Of a stretch of DNA of 64,000 nt, positions 1 to 10,356 are shown piece by piece. Position numbers and translations under genes: made by a program. This DNA is from Candidatus Eiseniibacteriota bacterium (lineage in GTDB: Bacteria; Eisenbacteria; RBG-16-71-46; JABDJR01), in contig CAWANH010000017.1 of NCBI GenBank assembly GCA_963783375.1, positions 64,001 to 128,000 of the forward strand, read 5' to 3'. The notes beneath the pieces are model-generated. The model did no database searches. It was not told the origin of the DNA and saw nothing but the letters and a program-made list of their open reading frames with translations. Position 1 is the stretch's first letter. Each line of letters begins with the position of its first letter.

Positions 1-1115
1 GGGTCGAGCTCCACGGTGAGCGTCTCCTCGCTCCGGGGATCGGGAAGCTCGGCCCGTTCCGCCCCGCGGGGGATGGTGTGGACCGAGGCCAGGATCGCCT
101 CGGCCACCCGGCGGTAGCGCGGCGCCTCCTCGACCTCGCGCTCGTCCCGGTCCACCGCGGCCAGCCCCCGCTCGGTCCGCTCGATGGCCTGGTGGAGGGG
201 CTTCCCGAGCGCGCCCTGGGGCGCACTCTGCCGGCGCTCGCGGAACCGGCGGTGGGCGGCGGCCACCGCGGCGGAGGCGGTCGGGTAGCCCGGTGCGCGG
301 GCGGCCGGGGCTTCCGACCCGGCGGCCGACCGGAAGACCAGGGCCTCGCCGGCGCCGGTGACGGTGGGGGAGGAGCGCGGGCCGGCGGTCCGGCCGGCCC
401 CGCCGGGGTGGACCGCATCCAGGAACGCGAGCCAGGTCCGGGCGAGGGCGTCGGGGTGCTTCTCGGGATCGGGGCCGGCGGCGCGCCAGACCTCCTCCGC
501 GGTGGCCGGTCCGAGGCCGGTCCAGGCGTCCACCAGGGCGCGGGGGTCCGGGCCGCGTTCCTTCAGGGCTTCCTGGACCGCCCGGGTCAACGCGGCGGGG
601 TCGTCGCGGGTCGCGTCGGCCCGGTCGTTCCGGGGGAGTGCGTACGCCGCTCCCGGGGCCAGCCGCCGGGGCGCGCGCCGCGAGCGGTCGTCGCGGAGAC
701 GATCCAGAATGCGGGCGGCCCAGGGATCCTCCCCGTCGGTGATGAGGAGGTTTCCGCCTTTCCCGGTCAGCTCCACCACAAGGTGGACGCGCTTGGGATC
801 GCCCAGGCGGTCGCGCCGCTCGAAGGCGAGGGCGACCACCCGGTCCAGTCCGGCCTGAACCGCTCCCGCGAACCGGCTCCCGGCCAGGGCCTTCTCGATG
901 GCTCGGGCGAAGGGGGGAACGGACTCGGCGGCCTGGGCTTCGCTCGGGGCGGGGAAGAGCGCGTTGTGCTCGGGGTGGACGCAGGCCACCAGGGTCACCG
1001 CCTTCTCGAGCCGCAGGTGGAACTCGAAGGGGTCCAGGGCGGCGGCCGATTCGAACCGGAGGCCGCGATAGGGATGGAGCTCGGCCGCCACGGCCCGAAG
1101 CGTGAGGGAGTTCAT
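1..1115 (-). CDS. rqcH: NFACT/RqcH (Rqc2, FbpA-like) ribosome quality-control protein; 3' end runs off the window
   Basis: Not in the ORF track because it has no stop in the window. My translation from ATG 1115 gives MNSLTLRAVAAEL...GLDRVVALAFERRDRLGD...LVVELTGKGGNLLITD and, near base 1, RYRRVAEAILASVHTIPRG...TLTVELDP. Both match FbpA/RqcH motifs and lie in the same frame. Confidence 0.85.
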   Translation of the reverse strand, partial: MNSLTLRAVAAELHPYRGLRFESAAALDPFEFHLRLEKAVTLVACVHPEHNALFPAPSEAQAAESVPPFARAIEKALAGSRFAGAVQAGLDRVVALAFERRDRLGDPKRVHLVVELTGKGGNLLITDGEDPWAARILDRLRDDRSRRAPRRLAPGAAYALPRNDRADATRDDPAALTRAVQEALKERGPDPRALVDAWTGLGPATAEEVWRAAGPDPEKHPDALARTWLAFLDAVHPGGAGRTAGPRSSPTVTGAGEALVFRSAAGSEAPAARAPGYPTASAAVAAAHRRFRERRQSAPQGALGKPLHQAIERTERGLAAVDRDEREVEEAPRYRRVAEAILASVHTIPRGAERAELPDPRSEETLTVELD

Positions 1116-1221
1116 GATCGCGGATTGTAGCAGCCGGGGAATGCCGGGGCGGTCTTTGCGGGCGGCGCCCCTGCGGGTCGGCGCTCCGCGCGCGCCGGGG
1201 TCGCGCGAGGCGCGCTCCGAA

Positions 1222-1250
1222 TTGACAGAACCCCCCGGCCCGCGTAGCTT
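1222..1250 (+). promoter_or_regulatory. Sigma70-type promoter for the yicC-gmk unit
   Basis: TTGACA (1222-1227), 17-bp spacer, TAGCTT (1245-1250). Confidence 0.6.
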
Positions 1251-1389
1251 CCCCGTACCCCCGGAAAGTCGGGCGAGCCCCCGAGGCCGTCCCCTTCCCG
1301 GGACCCGTGAACGAGTCCGGGCCGACGGGCCCGGCGCCCAGGCGCTTCGGCCGGCGTCGCGACGACACCCGCGCCGGCGAGGAGGTCCC

Positions 1390-2271
1390 GTGATCCGCAG
1401 CATGACCGGATTCGGCCGGGCCGAGCTCGAACGCCGCGGCCGCACCCTGGTGGCCGAGGCGCGATCGGTGAACCACCGGTTCCTCGAGGTTTCCCCCCGA
1501 CTGCCCCGCGGCCTGCAACCCTACGAGGACAAGCTTCGCTCCTTCCTCGGCGAGCGGCTGAACCGCGGGAAGGTGAATCTCACCGTCACCTGGAAGGGGG
1601 GCGGCGAGGAGGGGGGCGTGCTCTCGGTGGACATGGACCTCGCCCAGCGCTACGTGGACATCCTCCAGGAAGTGCGCGGGCGCTTCGCCTTCCGGGACGC
1701 GGTCACCCTCGGCCAGCTCATGAATCTCCCCGACGTGATCAAGTGGAGCGAGCCCGACCTGGAGCCGGAGGAAGCCTGGACGTTTCTCAAGGACGCGGTG
1801 GCGCGGGCGGTGGACGACCTGGTGGCCATGCGGGAGTCGGAGGGGGAGGCCCTGGCCCGCGACCTCCGGGCCCGGATGGAGACCATCCGCGCCTCCCTGG
1901 CCGAGGTGGAATCCCGGGCCCCGGCGCGGGTCAAGGAAGCCAAGGAGCGGCTCCACGCCCGGTTGACCGAACTCCTCCAGGGGGAAGCCACGGTGGACCA
2001 GGAGCGCCTCCAGGTCGAGGCCGCGTTCCAGGCCGATCGGCTCGACTGCACCGAAGAGGCGGTGCGGCTCCGCTCCCACGTGGACCAGTTCGAGACGCTG
2101 CTCGAGGAGGGCGGCCCGGTGGGGCGGAAGCTCAACTTCCTCACCCAGGAGATGAACCGCGAGGCGAACACCATCGGCTCCAAGGCCAACGACGTGGAGA
2201 TCGCCCGGCACGTGATCCAGCTCAAGGAGAACGTCGAGATCGTCCGCGAGCAGATCCAGAACCTGGAGTGA
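1390..2271 (+). CDS. yicC: YicC/YloC family endoribonuclease
   Basis: GTG start after GGAGG; IRSMTGFGR, RSVNHRFLE, GRKLNFLTQEMNREANTIGSK, REQIQNLE; directly upstream of gmk. Confidence 0.95.
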   Translation: MIRSMTGFGRAELERRGRTLVAEARSVNHRFLEVSPRLPRGLQPYEDKLRSFLGERLNRGKVNLTVTWKGGGEEGGVLSVDMDLAQRYVDILQEVRGRFAFRDAVTLGQLMNLPDVIKWSEPDLEPEEAWTFLKDAVARAVDDLVAMRESEGEALARDLRARMETIRASLAEVESRAPARVKEAKERLHARLTELLQGEATVDQERLQVEAAFQADRLDCTEEAVRLRSHVDQFETLLEEGGPVGRKLNFLTQEMNREANTIGSKANDVEIARHVIQLKENVEIVREQIQNLE

Positions 2272-2281
2272 CCGGCGCGCG

Positions 2282-2905
2282 ATGACCCCGGACCCCGAAC
2301 CCTTCAACGGCCTCCCCCAGAGCCCCCCCATGGTGATCGTGATCTCCGGCCCGAGCGGGGTGGGAAAGACCGTGATCTGCGACCGGCTCCTGACCCTCGA
2401 ACCCGCGCTGGTGCGCTCGATCTCCGCCACCGTCCGCCCCCCCCGATCCGACGAGACCGACGGGGTGGACTACCACTTCTGGAGCGAGGCGCGTTTCCGG
2501 AAGGGGATCGCCGAGGGCCACTTCCTGGAGTTCGCGGAGGTCCACGGCCGTCTCTACGGCACCCCCCGCGCCCCCATCGAGGAACACCTCCGCGCCGGCC
2601 GCTCCCCGGTGATGAACGTCGACGTCCAGGGCGGCCACTCGGTGAAGCGGATCATGCCGGAGTCGGTGCTCATCCTCATCGCCCCCCCGTCCATGGCGGT
2701 GCTGGAGAAACGGCTCCGCGGCCGGGGCACCGACAGCGAGGAGGTGATCCGCCAGCGGCTGGAGAACGCCCGCGGCGAGCTGGCGGAGTGGCGGCGATAC
2801 GACTACGCGGTGGTGAACGACCGGCTGGGGGAGGCGGTGGAGCAGGTGCGGGACGTGGTGGCGGCCGAGCGCTGCCGGGTGGGCCGGCTCCGGCAGGGGG
2901 GGTGA
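2282..2905 (+). CDS. gmk: Guanylate kinase
   Basis: ISGPSGVGKT P-loop, E-x-DGVDYHF, YGTP, RGTDSEEVI. Confidence 0.95.
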   Translation: MTPDPEPFNGLPQSPPMVIVISGPSGVGKTVICDRLLTLEPALVRSISATVRPPRSDETDGVDYHFWSEARFRKGIAEGHFLEFAEVHGRLYGTPRAPIEEHLRAGRSPVMNVDVQGGHSVKRIMPESVLILIAPPSMAVLEKRLRGRGTDSEEVIRQRLENARGELAEWRRYDYAVVNDRLGEAVEQVRDVVAAERCRVGRLRQGG

Positions 2906-3129
2906 CCGGCCGGGGTCGCCGTCGGGGCCGGGGTTCCTTCGGGCCCCGGTGTCCGCCGGCCGAGGCCTCGATAAGCGCTCACCGGGGCGCGGGTTAGCCA
3001 TGGCGCGAGGGGCGGCGTTGCCCGCGCCCCTCCCCTGTGATATCCTTGTTCGCTCGCTGGAGCATTCCCGGAAACCCCTGCTTCGATGGATCCGCCGCGC
3101 CCCATACCACCGCGGCGGCGAGGGCACCG

Positions 3130-3384
3130 ATGAACAAGTACGAAATGGTCATGATCGCCGCGCGTGAGGCCCGGCGGTTGAACGACATCGCGCGGATGAG
3201 CCAACGCGACCTCAAGGTCCGTCCCACTTTCCTGGCCTGGAAACTCCTCCACGAGGGGAAGATCAAGTTCACCTTCTCGAGCGAGCCGTTCGACCCCGAG
3301 GCGCCGATCGAGGGACTCATTCCTCCCGCCGCTCCTCCGGTGGTCGAGCAGCCGGAGGAGGACAGTAGCGAGGTCGAAGCCTAG
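3130..3384 (+). CDS. rpoZ: RNA polymerase omega subunit with acidic C-terminal tail
   Basis: NKYEMVMIAAREARRLN...EGKIKF; canonical position between gmk and coaBC. Confidence 0.8.
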   Translation: MNKYEMVMIAAREARRLNDIARMSQRDLKVRPTFLAWKLLHEGKIKFTFSSEPFDPEAPIEGLIPPAAPPVVEQPEEDSSEVEA

Positions 3385-3424
3385 ACGACCTTCGCATCGC
3401 GGGCTCAGGTCGCGCTCGGGCCCC

Positions 3425-3462
3425 GGCCGGAGGTAGAATACCTCCGGCCTTTTGCTATTTTT
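3425..3462 (+). terminator. Rho-independent terminator after rpoZ
   Basis: Perfect 11-bp stem GGCCGGAGGTA-GAA-TACCTCCGGCC followed by TTTTGCTATTTTT. Confidence 0.75.
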
Positions 3463-3549
3463 GGGGAGGTGGGAGGCCGGCGCGCGGGGCGCCGGCGGTG
3501 ACGAGACGCGACGCGGAGGCCCGCGCCGCGACAGGAAACGAGCCGGGAC

Positions 3550-4821
3550 ATGAAGCTCAAGGACAAGAAGATCGTGCTGGGGGTGACGGGGGGCATCGCC
3601 GCCTACAAGGCCGCGGAGCTGTTGCGGCTCTTCATGCAGGAGGGGGCCGAGGTCCACGTGGTCATGACCCGGGCCGCGGCCCGGTTCGTCGCCCCGCTCA
3701 CCTTCCGGGTCCTCTCCGGGCATCCCGTTCTCACCTCTCTCTACGAGGACGAAACCGGCTCCGGCCACGCCGACGAGAGCGGGGTGGAGCACATCGAGCT
3801 GGTGAAGGACGCCGATCTCATGGTGATCGCGCCGGCCACCGCCAACTCCCTGGCCAAGGGGGCGTGGGGCCTGGCCGACGACGCACTCTCCACCGTGCTG
3901 GTGGCGGCGGGGACGGAAATCCTCTGGGCCCCGGCCATGAACCATCGCATGTGGAAGAATCCGGCGACCCAGGACAACGTGAGCCGGCTCCGCCACCTCG
4001 GCCACCAGATTCTGGAACCCGAGGACGGCTGGATGGCCTGCCGAGAGTTCGGGAAGGGAAGGATGGCCGAGCCGGTCACCATCCTGCAGCAGGTCACCGA
4101 GCTGATCGGCCATCCCCAGGACTTGGCCGGGGTGCGGGTCCTGGTCACCGCCGGCCGCACCGAGGAGCCGCTCGACCCGGTCCGGATCATCACCAACCGC
4201 TCCAGCGGTAAGATGGGGGTGGCCCTGGCCGAAGAGGCGGTCTCGCGCGGGGCCGAGGTTACGCTGTTGGCCGGGCCCATGGACGTGCCGCCCCCGGAGG
4301 GCGTACACCTGGAGCGGATCACCACCGCCCGGGAGCTCTCCGACGCCGCCGGCCGCCTGTTCGGCGAGTGCGACGTCCTGGTCATGGCGGCGGCGGTGGG
4401 GGACTTCCGGTCCACCCGCGAGGAGATGCAGAAGATCCGCCGCGGCGATCGGGAGGTCCAGATCGACCTCACCGCCAACCCGGATATCCTGGGGGGGCTG
4501 GCGGAGAAGCGGCAGGGGGGACAGGTCCTGGTGGGCTTCGCCCTGGAAACCGAGGACGCGGAGGAAGCGGGAAGGAAGAAGCTCAAGCGGAAGGGCGTCG
4601 ACCTCCTGGTGGTCAACAACCCCGGCGAGCCGGGCGCGGCCATCGGCGGGGACACCAACGTGGTCACGCTCCTCGAAGCGGGGAAACCCGGCCGGCGGCT
4701 CCCCGTGCTTCCCAAGCGGGAAGTGGCCCAGCGCATTCTGGATTGGGTGGTGGCGCGACGGAGCGTCCCGCCGAGGAGGGAAGCCGGTGAGCGATCTTCA
4801 CGACGAGCTCGCAGCACTTAG
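3550..4821 (+). CDS. coaBC: Bifunctional phosphopantothenoylcysteine decarboxylase/ligase
   Basis: GVTGGIAAYKA, APATAN, PAMN, TAGRTEEPLDPVRIITNRSSGKMG, GFALET. Confidence 0.96.
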   Translation: MKLKDKKIVLGVTGGIAAYKAAELLRLFMQEGAEVHVVMTRAAARFVAPLTFRVLSGHPVLTSLYEDETGSGHADESGVEHIELVKDADLMVIAPATANSLAKGAWGLADDALSTVLVAAGTEILWAPAMNHRMWKNPATQDNVSRLRHLGHQILEPEDGWMACREFGKGRMAEPVTILQQVTELIGHPQDLAGVRVLVTAGRTEEPLDPVRIITNRSSGKMGVALAEEAVSRGAEVTLLAGPMDVPPPEGVHLERITTARELSDAAGRLFGECDVLVMAAAVGDFRSTREEMQKIRRGDREVQIDLTANPDILGGLAEKRQGGQVLVGFALETEDAEEAGRKKLKRKGVDLLVVNNPGEPGAAIGGDTNVVTLLEAGKPGRRLPVLPKREVAQRILDWVVARRSVPPRREAGERSSRRARST

Positions 4822-5771
4822 CGAGGAGTTCCGCCGCCATCTGGCCCGCGAGCGTGGGAAGGGTCGGCGGCACTTGAACTCGTCCGCGCTGAAGGAAGCG
4901 GTGGCGCGGCCGGCGCCGAGGCCTCGGCAGGCGATCGTCGGCGCGGAAGCGGCGCCGCCGCGGCCCAAGGCTCCGGCGGACTCCCCGCCTCGATCCCCGG
5001 CCCCGCCGGCTTCGACCGCCTCCCGCCCCGCCCCCGTCCCCCGGCCGGCTTCGGGTGAATTGCGCTCCGCGCCTTCTCCGGTGAGTCCCGCCGGATCCGG
5101 GGCGGCCCGGCCGGTGACCGCGGGCGCGCGCCCGGTCCCGGCCTCCGGCGGGGATCGCGGCAAGAAGCTCCCGCGGATCGACGTCGAGCCGCCGACCCGC
5201 CGATCGCGACGAGCGGATGGCCCGGCTGGCCGAACTCGCCGCCGAGGCCGCGGGCTGCACGAAGTGCGGTCTCTGCGAAACGCGGAAGTCGGTGGTGTTC
5301 TCGCGGGGGAAGGCGGGAAACCGCGTGATGTTCGTGGGGGAGGCGCCGGGAGCCAACGAGGACGAGCAGGGTCTTCCCTTCGTGGGCCGTGCCGGAAAGC
5401 TCCTGGATCAGATCGTCGACGCCATCGGATTCGATCGCGACGAGATCTACGTGGCCAACATCCTCAAGTGCCGTCCCCCGGGAAACCGCGACCCCAAACC
5501 CGAGGAGATCGCCTCCTGCACGCCGTACCTCGAGCAGCAGATCGAGCTGATCCAGCCCAAGATCATCTGCGCCCTGGGCCGGTTCGCGGCGGGGTTCCTG
5601 ACCGGGAACCCGGGCGCTCCCATGGGCCGGCTTCGCGGGAAGATCCACTACTACCGCGATCGCATCATGGTGCTCCCGACCTATCACCCCGCGGCGTTGC
5701 TTCGCAACCCGCAGTGGAAGCGCGTGGTCTGGGAAGACGTGCAGCTTCTGCGCCGGGAATATCTGCGCTGA
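4787..5771 (+). CDS. udg: Uracil-DNA glycosylase family 4 (4Fe-4S) with Pro/Ala-rich N-terminal linker; apparent 1-bp frameshift near 5196-5198
   Basis: Catalytic part 5217-5771 has CTKCGLC, GEAPG, PFVGRAG, KCRPPGNR, TYHPAALLR. The N-terminal helix from GTG 4787 joins it if one C is added to the CCC run. Confidence 0.88.
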
Positions 5772-5886
5772 TTCAAGCCGGCGCGGGAGCCGGTCGGGTC
5801 GGGTCCCCTGGACCGGTTCGGGGTGGCGGATCGTGACCGAACCGGTGCCCCCACGCCCGGTCCCTGAAAGTGGCCCGGCGAGCCGC

Positions 5887-6139
5887 TTCTCCACCGAGTT
5901 TTCCGCATCGCGCGAACTTCGTGCCGCCGCCGGCGGAAACCCGACGCACTCAACCCCATGATGTACAGCGGATTACCGGGAGGAAACTTTTTTTATGGAT
6001 CGTGCCGAAGCGGGCGCCGAGTTTTCCCCAGGTCGAGGGGGAGAAGTGGAAAAGGGCGGAACGGTGACGATTCGGCGGGACGCGCCCGCGTGCGCGCCCG
6101 CCGGGCCGAATCTCCGTGTCAAGGGTTCTCCTTTCCACA
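5887..6139. promoter_or_regulatory. Cluster of degenerate DnaA boxes plus a T-rich tract upstream of dnaB
   Basis: One-mismatch TTWTNCACA matches at 5899 (TTTTCCGCA), 6022 (TTTTCCCCA), 6045 (reverse, TTTTCCACT) and 6131 (CTTTCCACA); two-mismatch match at 5887; AAACTTTTTTTATGGAT at 5984-6000. Confidence 0.45.
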
Positions 6140-6422
6140 CCGTTCTCACCGCGCTAGACTTTGCTGCGCCGAAAGTTTTGCTTCGACTTTCCCCGTCGAT
6201 TAGTCTCGGCCGGACGGCTTCCGACCGGACTCTATTGAACCGGTCGTCGACGCCGCGGCGAGACCCTTCAACGTCTCACCCGTTCGACAAGTTGGCAGGG
6301 TCGCGCCGTGCCCGGACGGCGCGCGAACGGAACCCGAGACCGTAGGCCCGATCCGCAACCGGCTCGCCCGCTCCTGGAGGGCAGGGCGGGCGGCGCCGCG
6401 GATCGGTCGACAGGGGAGTCCT

Positions 6423-7802
6423 TTGGGAACCACCGAGAGCCAGGTCAGGGAATACGCCGGGGGCGGCGGCATGCGCGTGCCTCCCCAGGCCCTCGAGGCC
6501 GAACGTTCGATCCTCGGCGCCATGCTCCTCGACGGGCGGGCCATCGGCCGGGTCCTGGAAGTCCTGGACGAAGCCGCCTTCTACCGTCCCGCCCACCGCC
6601 GCATCTTCAACGCCCTGGTGAACCTCTGGCAGCGCAAAGAGAACGCGGTGGACGCCATCACCCTGAGCGACGAGCTCCGCCGGAACGGCGACTTCGAGGG
6701 GGTGGGCGGCGCCACCTACATTGCCGGCCTTCTCGACGCCGTGGCCACCTCGGCCAACGTCGAATACCACGCCCAGATCGTGAAGGAAAAGTCGATCCTC
6801 CGGCAGATGATCGAGATCGCCACCGAGATCGCCGCCGAGGCCTACGACGGCCGCGACAACCCCGCCGATCTTCTCGACCGCGCCGAACGGGCCATGTTCG
6901 CCATCTCCGACGCCCGGGTGCGGAAGGGCTTCGTGCGGGTTCGCGACCTCATCAACCCCACGATCAAGAAGGTGGAGAAACTCTACGAGGAGAAGAAGAC
7001 GGTCACCGGGGTCGAGTCGGGATTCCTCGATCTCGATCACATGACCAGTGGGTTCCAGGACGGGGACCTGGTGGTGATCGCGGGGCGGCCGTCGATGGGA
7101 AAGACCTCCCTCGCCCTCAACATCGCGGCCAACGTGGCCCTCCGGAGCCGCCGCGGGGTGGGCATCTTCAGCCTGGAAATGAGCATGGAGCAGCTCCTGA
7201 TGCGGCTCCTCTGCGCCGAGGCCCGGGTGAGCTCTCATCGGCTCCGGACCGGATACCTGCGCGACAAGGAATGGCCGCTCCTCATCACCGCGGCGGGGGA
7301 ACTGGCCGAGGCCCCGATCTACATCGACGACAGCGCGGGGATGGGGGTCCTGGAGATGCGGGCCAAGGCCCGCCGGCTCAAGGCCGAGTGCGACCTGGGC
7401 CTCATCGTGGTGGATTACCTCCAGCTCATGACCGGCTCCGCCCGCCAGGAGAGCCGTCAGCAGGAGATCAGCGAGATCTCGCGGGGGCTGAAGGCCCTGG
7501 CCAAGGAACTCAAGACCCCGGTGATGGCGCTTTCCCAGCTCTCCCGCGCGGTCGAGGCCCGCTCCGACCACCGGCCCATGCTGAGCGATCTTCGCGAGTC
7601 GGGAGCGATCGAGCAGGACGCCGACGTGGTGGGCTTCGTCTACCGCGAGGAACACTACAAGCGCACCGACGAGAACGAGGGTCTGGGTGAGCTCATCATC
7701 GGCAAACAACGAAACGGCCCGGTGGGGGTGGTGAACGTCGCGTTCATCTCCGAGTACACCCGCTTCGAGAACCTCACCCGCCACGACGAACCGCCGATCT
7801 AG
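6423..7802 (+). CDS. dnaB: Replicative DNA helicase
   Basis: PPQALEAERSILG, AGRPSMGKT, IVVDYLQLM, LSQLSR, SDLRESGAIEQDAD, KQRNGP; TTG start after GGGGAG. Confidence 0.97.
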   Translation: MGTTESQVREYAGGGGMRVPPQALEAERSILGAMLLDGRAIGRVLEVLDEAAFYRPAHRRIFNALVNLWQRKENAVDAITLSDELRRNGDFEGVGGATYIAGLLDAVATSANVEYHAQIVKEKSILRQMIEIATEIAAEAYDGRDNPADLLDRAERAMFAISDARVRKGFVRVRDLINPTIKKVEKLYEEKKTVTGVESGFLDLDHMTSGFQDGDLVVIAGRPSMGKTSLALNIAANVALRSRRGVGIFSLEMSMEQLLMRLLCAEARVSSHRLRTGYLRDKEWPLLITAAGELAEAPIYIDDSAGMGVLEMRAKARRLKAECDLGLIVVDYLQLMTGSARQESRQQEISEISRGLKALAKELKTPVMALSQLSRAVEARSDHRPMLSDLRESGAIEQDADVVGFVYREEHYKRTDENEGLGELIIGKQRNGPVGVVNVAFISEYTRFENLTRHDEPPI

Positions 7803-7911
7803 CTCCGCGGGCGGGGCTCCGCCTCATCGCCGGGGGTTCGGGATCGGGACCCGGCAGCCTCCCGGCCGCCGGCCGAACCCCCTCATCTGGGCGGCTCGTC
7901 GCCCCCCAAGG

Positions 7912-8607
7912 TCACATCTTCTCCTTGATCCCGACGCGGATCAGCCACCAGTTGACCGGGTAGGCGGTGAGGAAGCCGAAGAGCATCGCCACCTGCATCA
8001 TGAACCAGAAGACGGGGTCGCCCTTGGAGAGTTCGCGGCCGAAGAGGGTGAACACCGCGATCGCCATCCACCCGTACATCCCGATCTGCCACGAGACGAG
8101 GGAGAGGGTGTCCGCCTTGATCGCCTCGATCAGGCCCCGGCCCGGAGACAATCCCCGCATGGGCTGGATGGTGAAGTACTGGAAAGCGATCCCGAAGAGA
8201 TAGGCGGCGACGAAATCGACCAGCCAGCTGCCGAAGATCGCGTGCCCGAACAGGGTGACCGGCGAGAGCACCACCAGCCATTCGGCCACGATGTCGCCGC
8301 AGGTGCATCCGGCCCCGCAGTGGGTGGTCCCCTCGGCCGCGATTTGCCAGAAGGGCTTGTCCCGGCCGGGCGGCGCCTCGCCCCGGTTCTCCCCCGCCCG
8401 CGCCTCCGGGACCGTCGAGCGCCGCCCCAGCCGGTAATAGGCGAAGAGCCCCAGCGGCCCGGCGTAGAGGGCGGTGACCGGCCACACCACGTTCATGATC
8501 CACATGCGTTGCCGGCGGCCGGCCAGGATGTCGACGGCGATGGCGAGGGCGGAGACGCCGGCCGCGGCCAGGGAGATGACGGACAAGACGGTGAGCCACG
8601 CGGGCAC
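7912..8607 (-). CDS. DUF4396-type membrane protein
   Basis: MWIMNVVWPVTALY, THCGAGCTCGD, QYFTIQPMRGL, KADTLSL...QIGMYGWM, YPVNWWLI; GTG start after GAGGGGG. Confidence 0.8.
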   Translation of the reverse strand: MPAWLTVLSVISLAAAGVSALAIAVDILAGRRQRMWIMNVVWPVTALYAGPLGLFAYYRLGRRSTVPEARAGENRGEAPPGRDKPFWQIAAEGTTHCGAGCTCGDIVAEWLVVLSPVTLFGHAIFGSWLVDFVAAYLFGIAFQYFTIQPMRGLSPGRGLIEAIKADTLSLVSWQIGMYGWMAIAVFTLFGRELSKGDPVFWFMMQVAMLFGFLTAYPVNWWLIRVGIKEKM

Positions 8608-8782
8608 GGCGCCCCCTCGGATGAATCGGCGACGCCGCCGATGAGCGGCCGGGCGTCGCGGGTGAACCGGGGTGCCCGAGCGGACCCCGAACCCCCATCC
8701 TGACACAGGCCCGCCCCGGAGGACACCATGGCCCTCCTTCCTCTCGAACGACTATGATCCCATCCCACACCCCGGAGGATTC

Positions 8783-10297
8783 ATGACCCACGACACCGAC
8801 CCGCTCCGCGGCCGCCGCGCCCCCCTGGAAATGACCGGGGACGAGTTCCGCCGGCTCGGCCGGCAGGCCGTGGAGCTGATCGCCGGCTTTCTCGACTCGC
8901 TCCCCGAACGGGCCGTCACCTCGGGGGAGATGCCGAGCCGGATCAAGGCGGCCCTCGGCGACGACCCGATCCCCGAATACGGCGCCCCGCCGGAGCGCCT
9001 TCTGGACGAGCTCGGCCCGCTCCTCCTGGACCACTCCCTCTTCAACGGCCACCCGCGGTTCCTGGGCTACATCACCTCGTCGGCGGCGCCGATCGGCGCC
9101 CTGGCCGATCTCATCGCCGCCGGGCTCAACCCCAACCTGGGCGGTTGGCCGCTCTCTCCCATGGCCACCGAGATCGAGGCGCAGACCGTGCGCTGGATGG
9201 CGGAGCTCATGGGCTTTCCCGCCGACAGCGGGGGGATCCTGGTGAGCGGAGGAAACATGGCCAACTTCGTGGGTTTCCTCGCCGCCCGCCGGGCCAAGGC
9301 CCCCTGGGAGATCCGGGAACGCGGGCTCGCGGGCGGGCCCCCGCTCACCGTCTACGCCTCCGAGGGGACCCACACCTGGATCCAGAAGGCCGCGGATCTC
9401 TTCGGGCTCGGCACCGACGCCATCCGCTGGATCCCCACCGACACTCGCGCCCGGATGGACGTGAGCCTCCTGGAACCCCGGATCGTCGCCGACCGGGCGG
9501 CGGGAAGCCTACCCTTCATGGCGGTGGGGACCGCGGGGTCGGTGGGGGTGGGGGCCATCGACGAGCTTCCCAGGATCGCGGAGGTCTGCCGGAAGCACGA
9601 TCTCTGGTTCCACGTGGACGGCGCCTACGGGGCGCCGGCGGCCGCGCTTCCCGAGGCGCCGGCGGATCTCAAGGCCCTCTGCGAGGCTGACTCGGTGGCC
9701 GTCGATCCCCACAAGTGGCTCTACAGCCCGCTGGAAGCGGGTTGCACCCTGGTGCGCCGCCCCGGGGACCTGATCGACGCCTTCAGCTTCCATCCCGAGT
9801 ACTACCACCTGGAGAACCCCTCCGGGGAAACCATGCTGAACTACCACGAGCTCGGGATGCAGAACTCCCGGGGCTTCCGGGCGCTCAAGGTCTGGTTGGC
9901 CCTCCGCCAGGTGGGGCGGGAGGGGTACGTGCGCATGATCCGGGACGACATCGCTTTGGCCGCCGCGCTCTTCGACCGGGTCGGCGCCGAACCGGAGCTG
10001 GAGGCGGTCACCCTGAACCTGAGCATCGCCACCTTCCGCTTCGTTCCCGCCGGTCTCGATCCCGGCGCCCCGGGGGCCGCCGCCTATCTGAACGCGCTCA
10101 ACGAGGAACTCGTGGAGCGGCTCCAGTACGGCGGGGAGGTCTTCGTATCCAACGCGGTGCTCGAGGAAAACTACCTGCTGCGTGCCTGCGTGGTGAACTT
10201 CCGCACCGCCCTGGAGGACGTGGAGGCCATTCCAGGCATCGTGATCCGGGTCGGACGGGACGTGGACCGTGAAAAGCGGCCGCCGGAGCTGGCCTAG
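8783..10297 (+). CDS. Group II PLP-dependent decarboxylase (aromatic L-amino-acid/diaminobutyrate decarboxylase-like)
   Basis: HPRFLGYI, SGGNMAN, HVDGAYG, DPHKWL (PLP lysine), LRACVVNFRT; GGAGG RBS. Confidence 0.9.
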   Translation: MTHDTDPLRGRRAPLEMTGDEFRRLGRQAVELIAGFLDSLPERAVTSGEMPSRIKAALGDDPIPEYGAPPERLLDELGPLLLDHSLFNGHPRFLGYITSSAAPIGALADLIAAGLNPNLGGWPLSPMATEIEAQTVRWMAELMGFPADSGGILVSGGNMANFVGFLAARRAKAPWEIRERGLAGGPPLTVYASEGTHTWIQKAADLFGLGTDAIRWIPTDTRARMDVSLLEPRIVADRAAGSLPFMAVGTAGSVGVGAIDELPRIAEVCRKHDLWFHVDGAYGAPAAALPEAPADLKALCEADSVAVDPHKWLYSPLEAGCTLVRRPGDLIDAFSFHPEYYHLENPSGETMLNYHELGMQNSRGFRALKVWLALRQVGREGYVRMIRDDIALAAALFDRVGAEPELEAVTLNLSIATFRFVPAGLDPGAPGAAAYLNALNEELVERLQYGGEVFVSNAVLEENYLLRACVVNFRTALEDVEAIPGIVIRVGRDVDREKRPPELA

Positions 10298-10356
10298 CCC
10301 GGTTTGTTCCTGATGCCGCGCGGGTCCGGAAGCGTGATGAGGAGCGCGAACCGCTG

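Noticed and set aside
78-1130. + strand 350-aa ORF
   Set aside because: Antisense shadow of the NFACT/RqcH gene.
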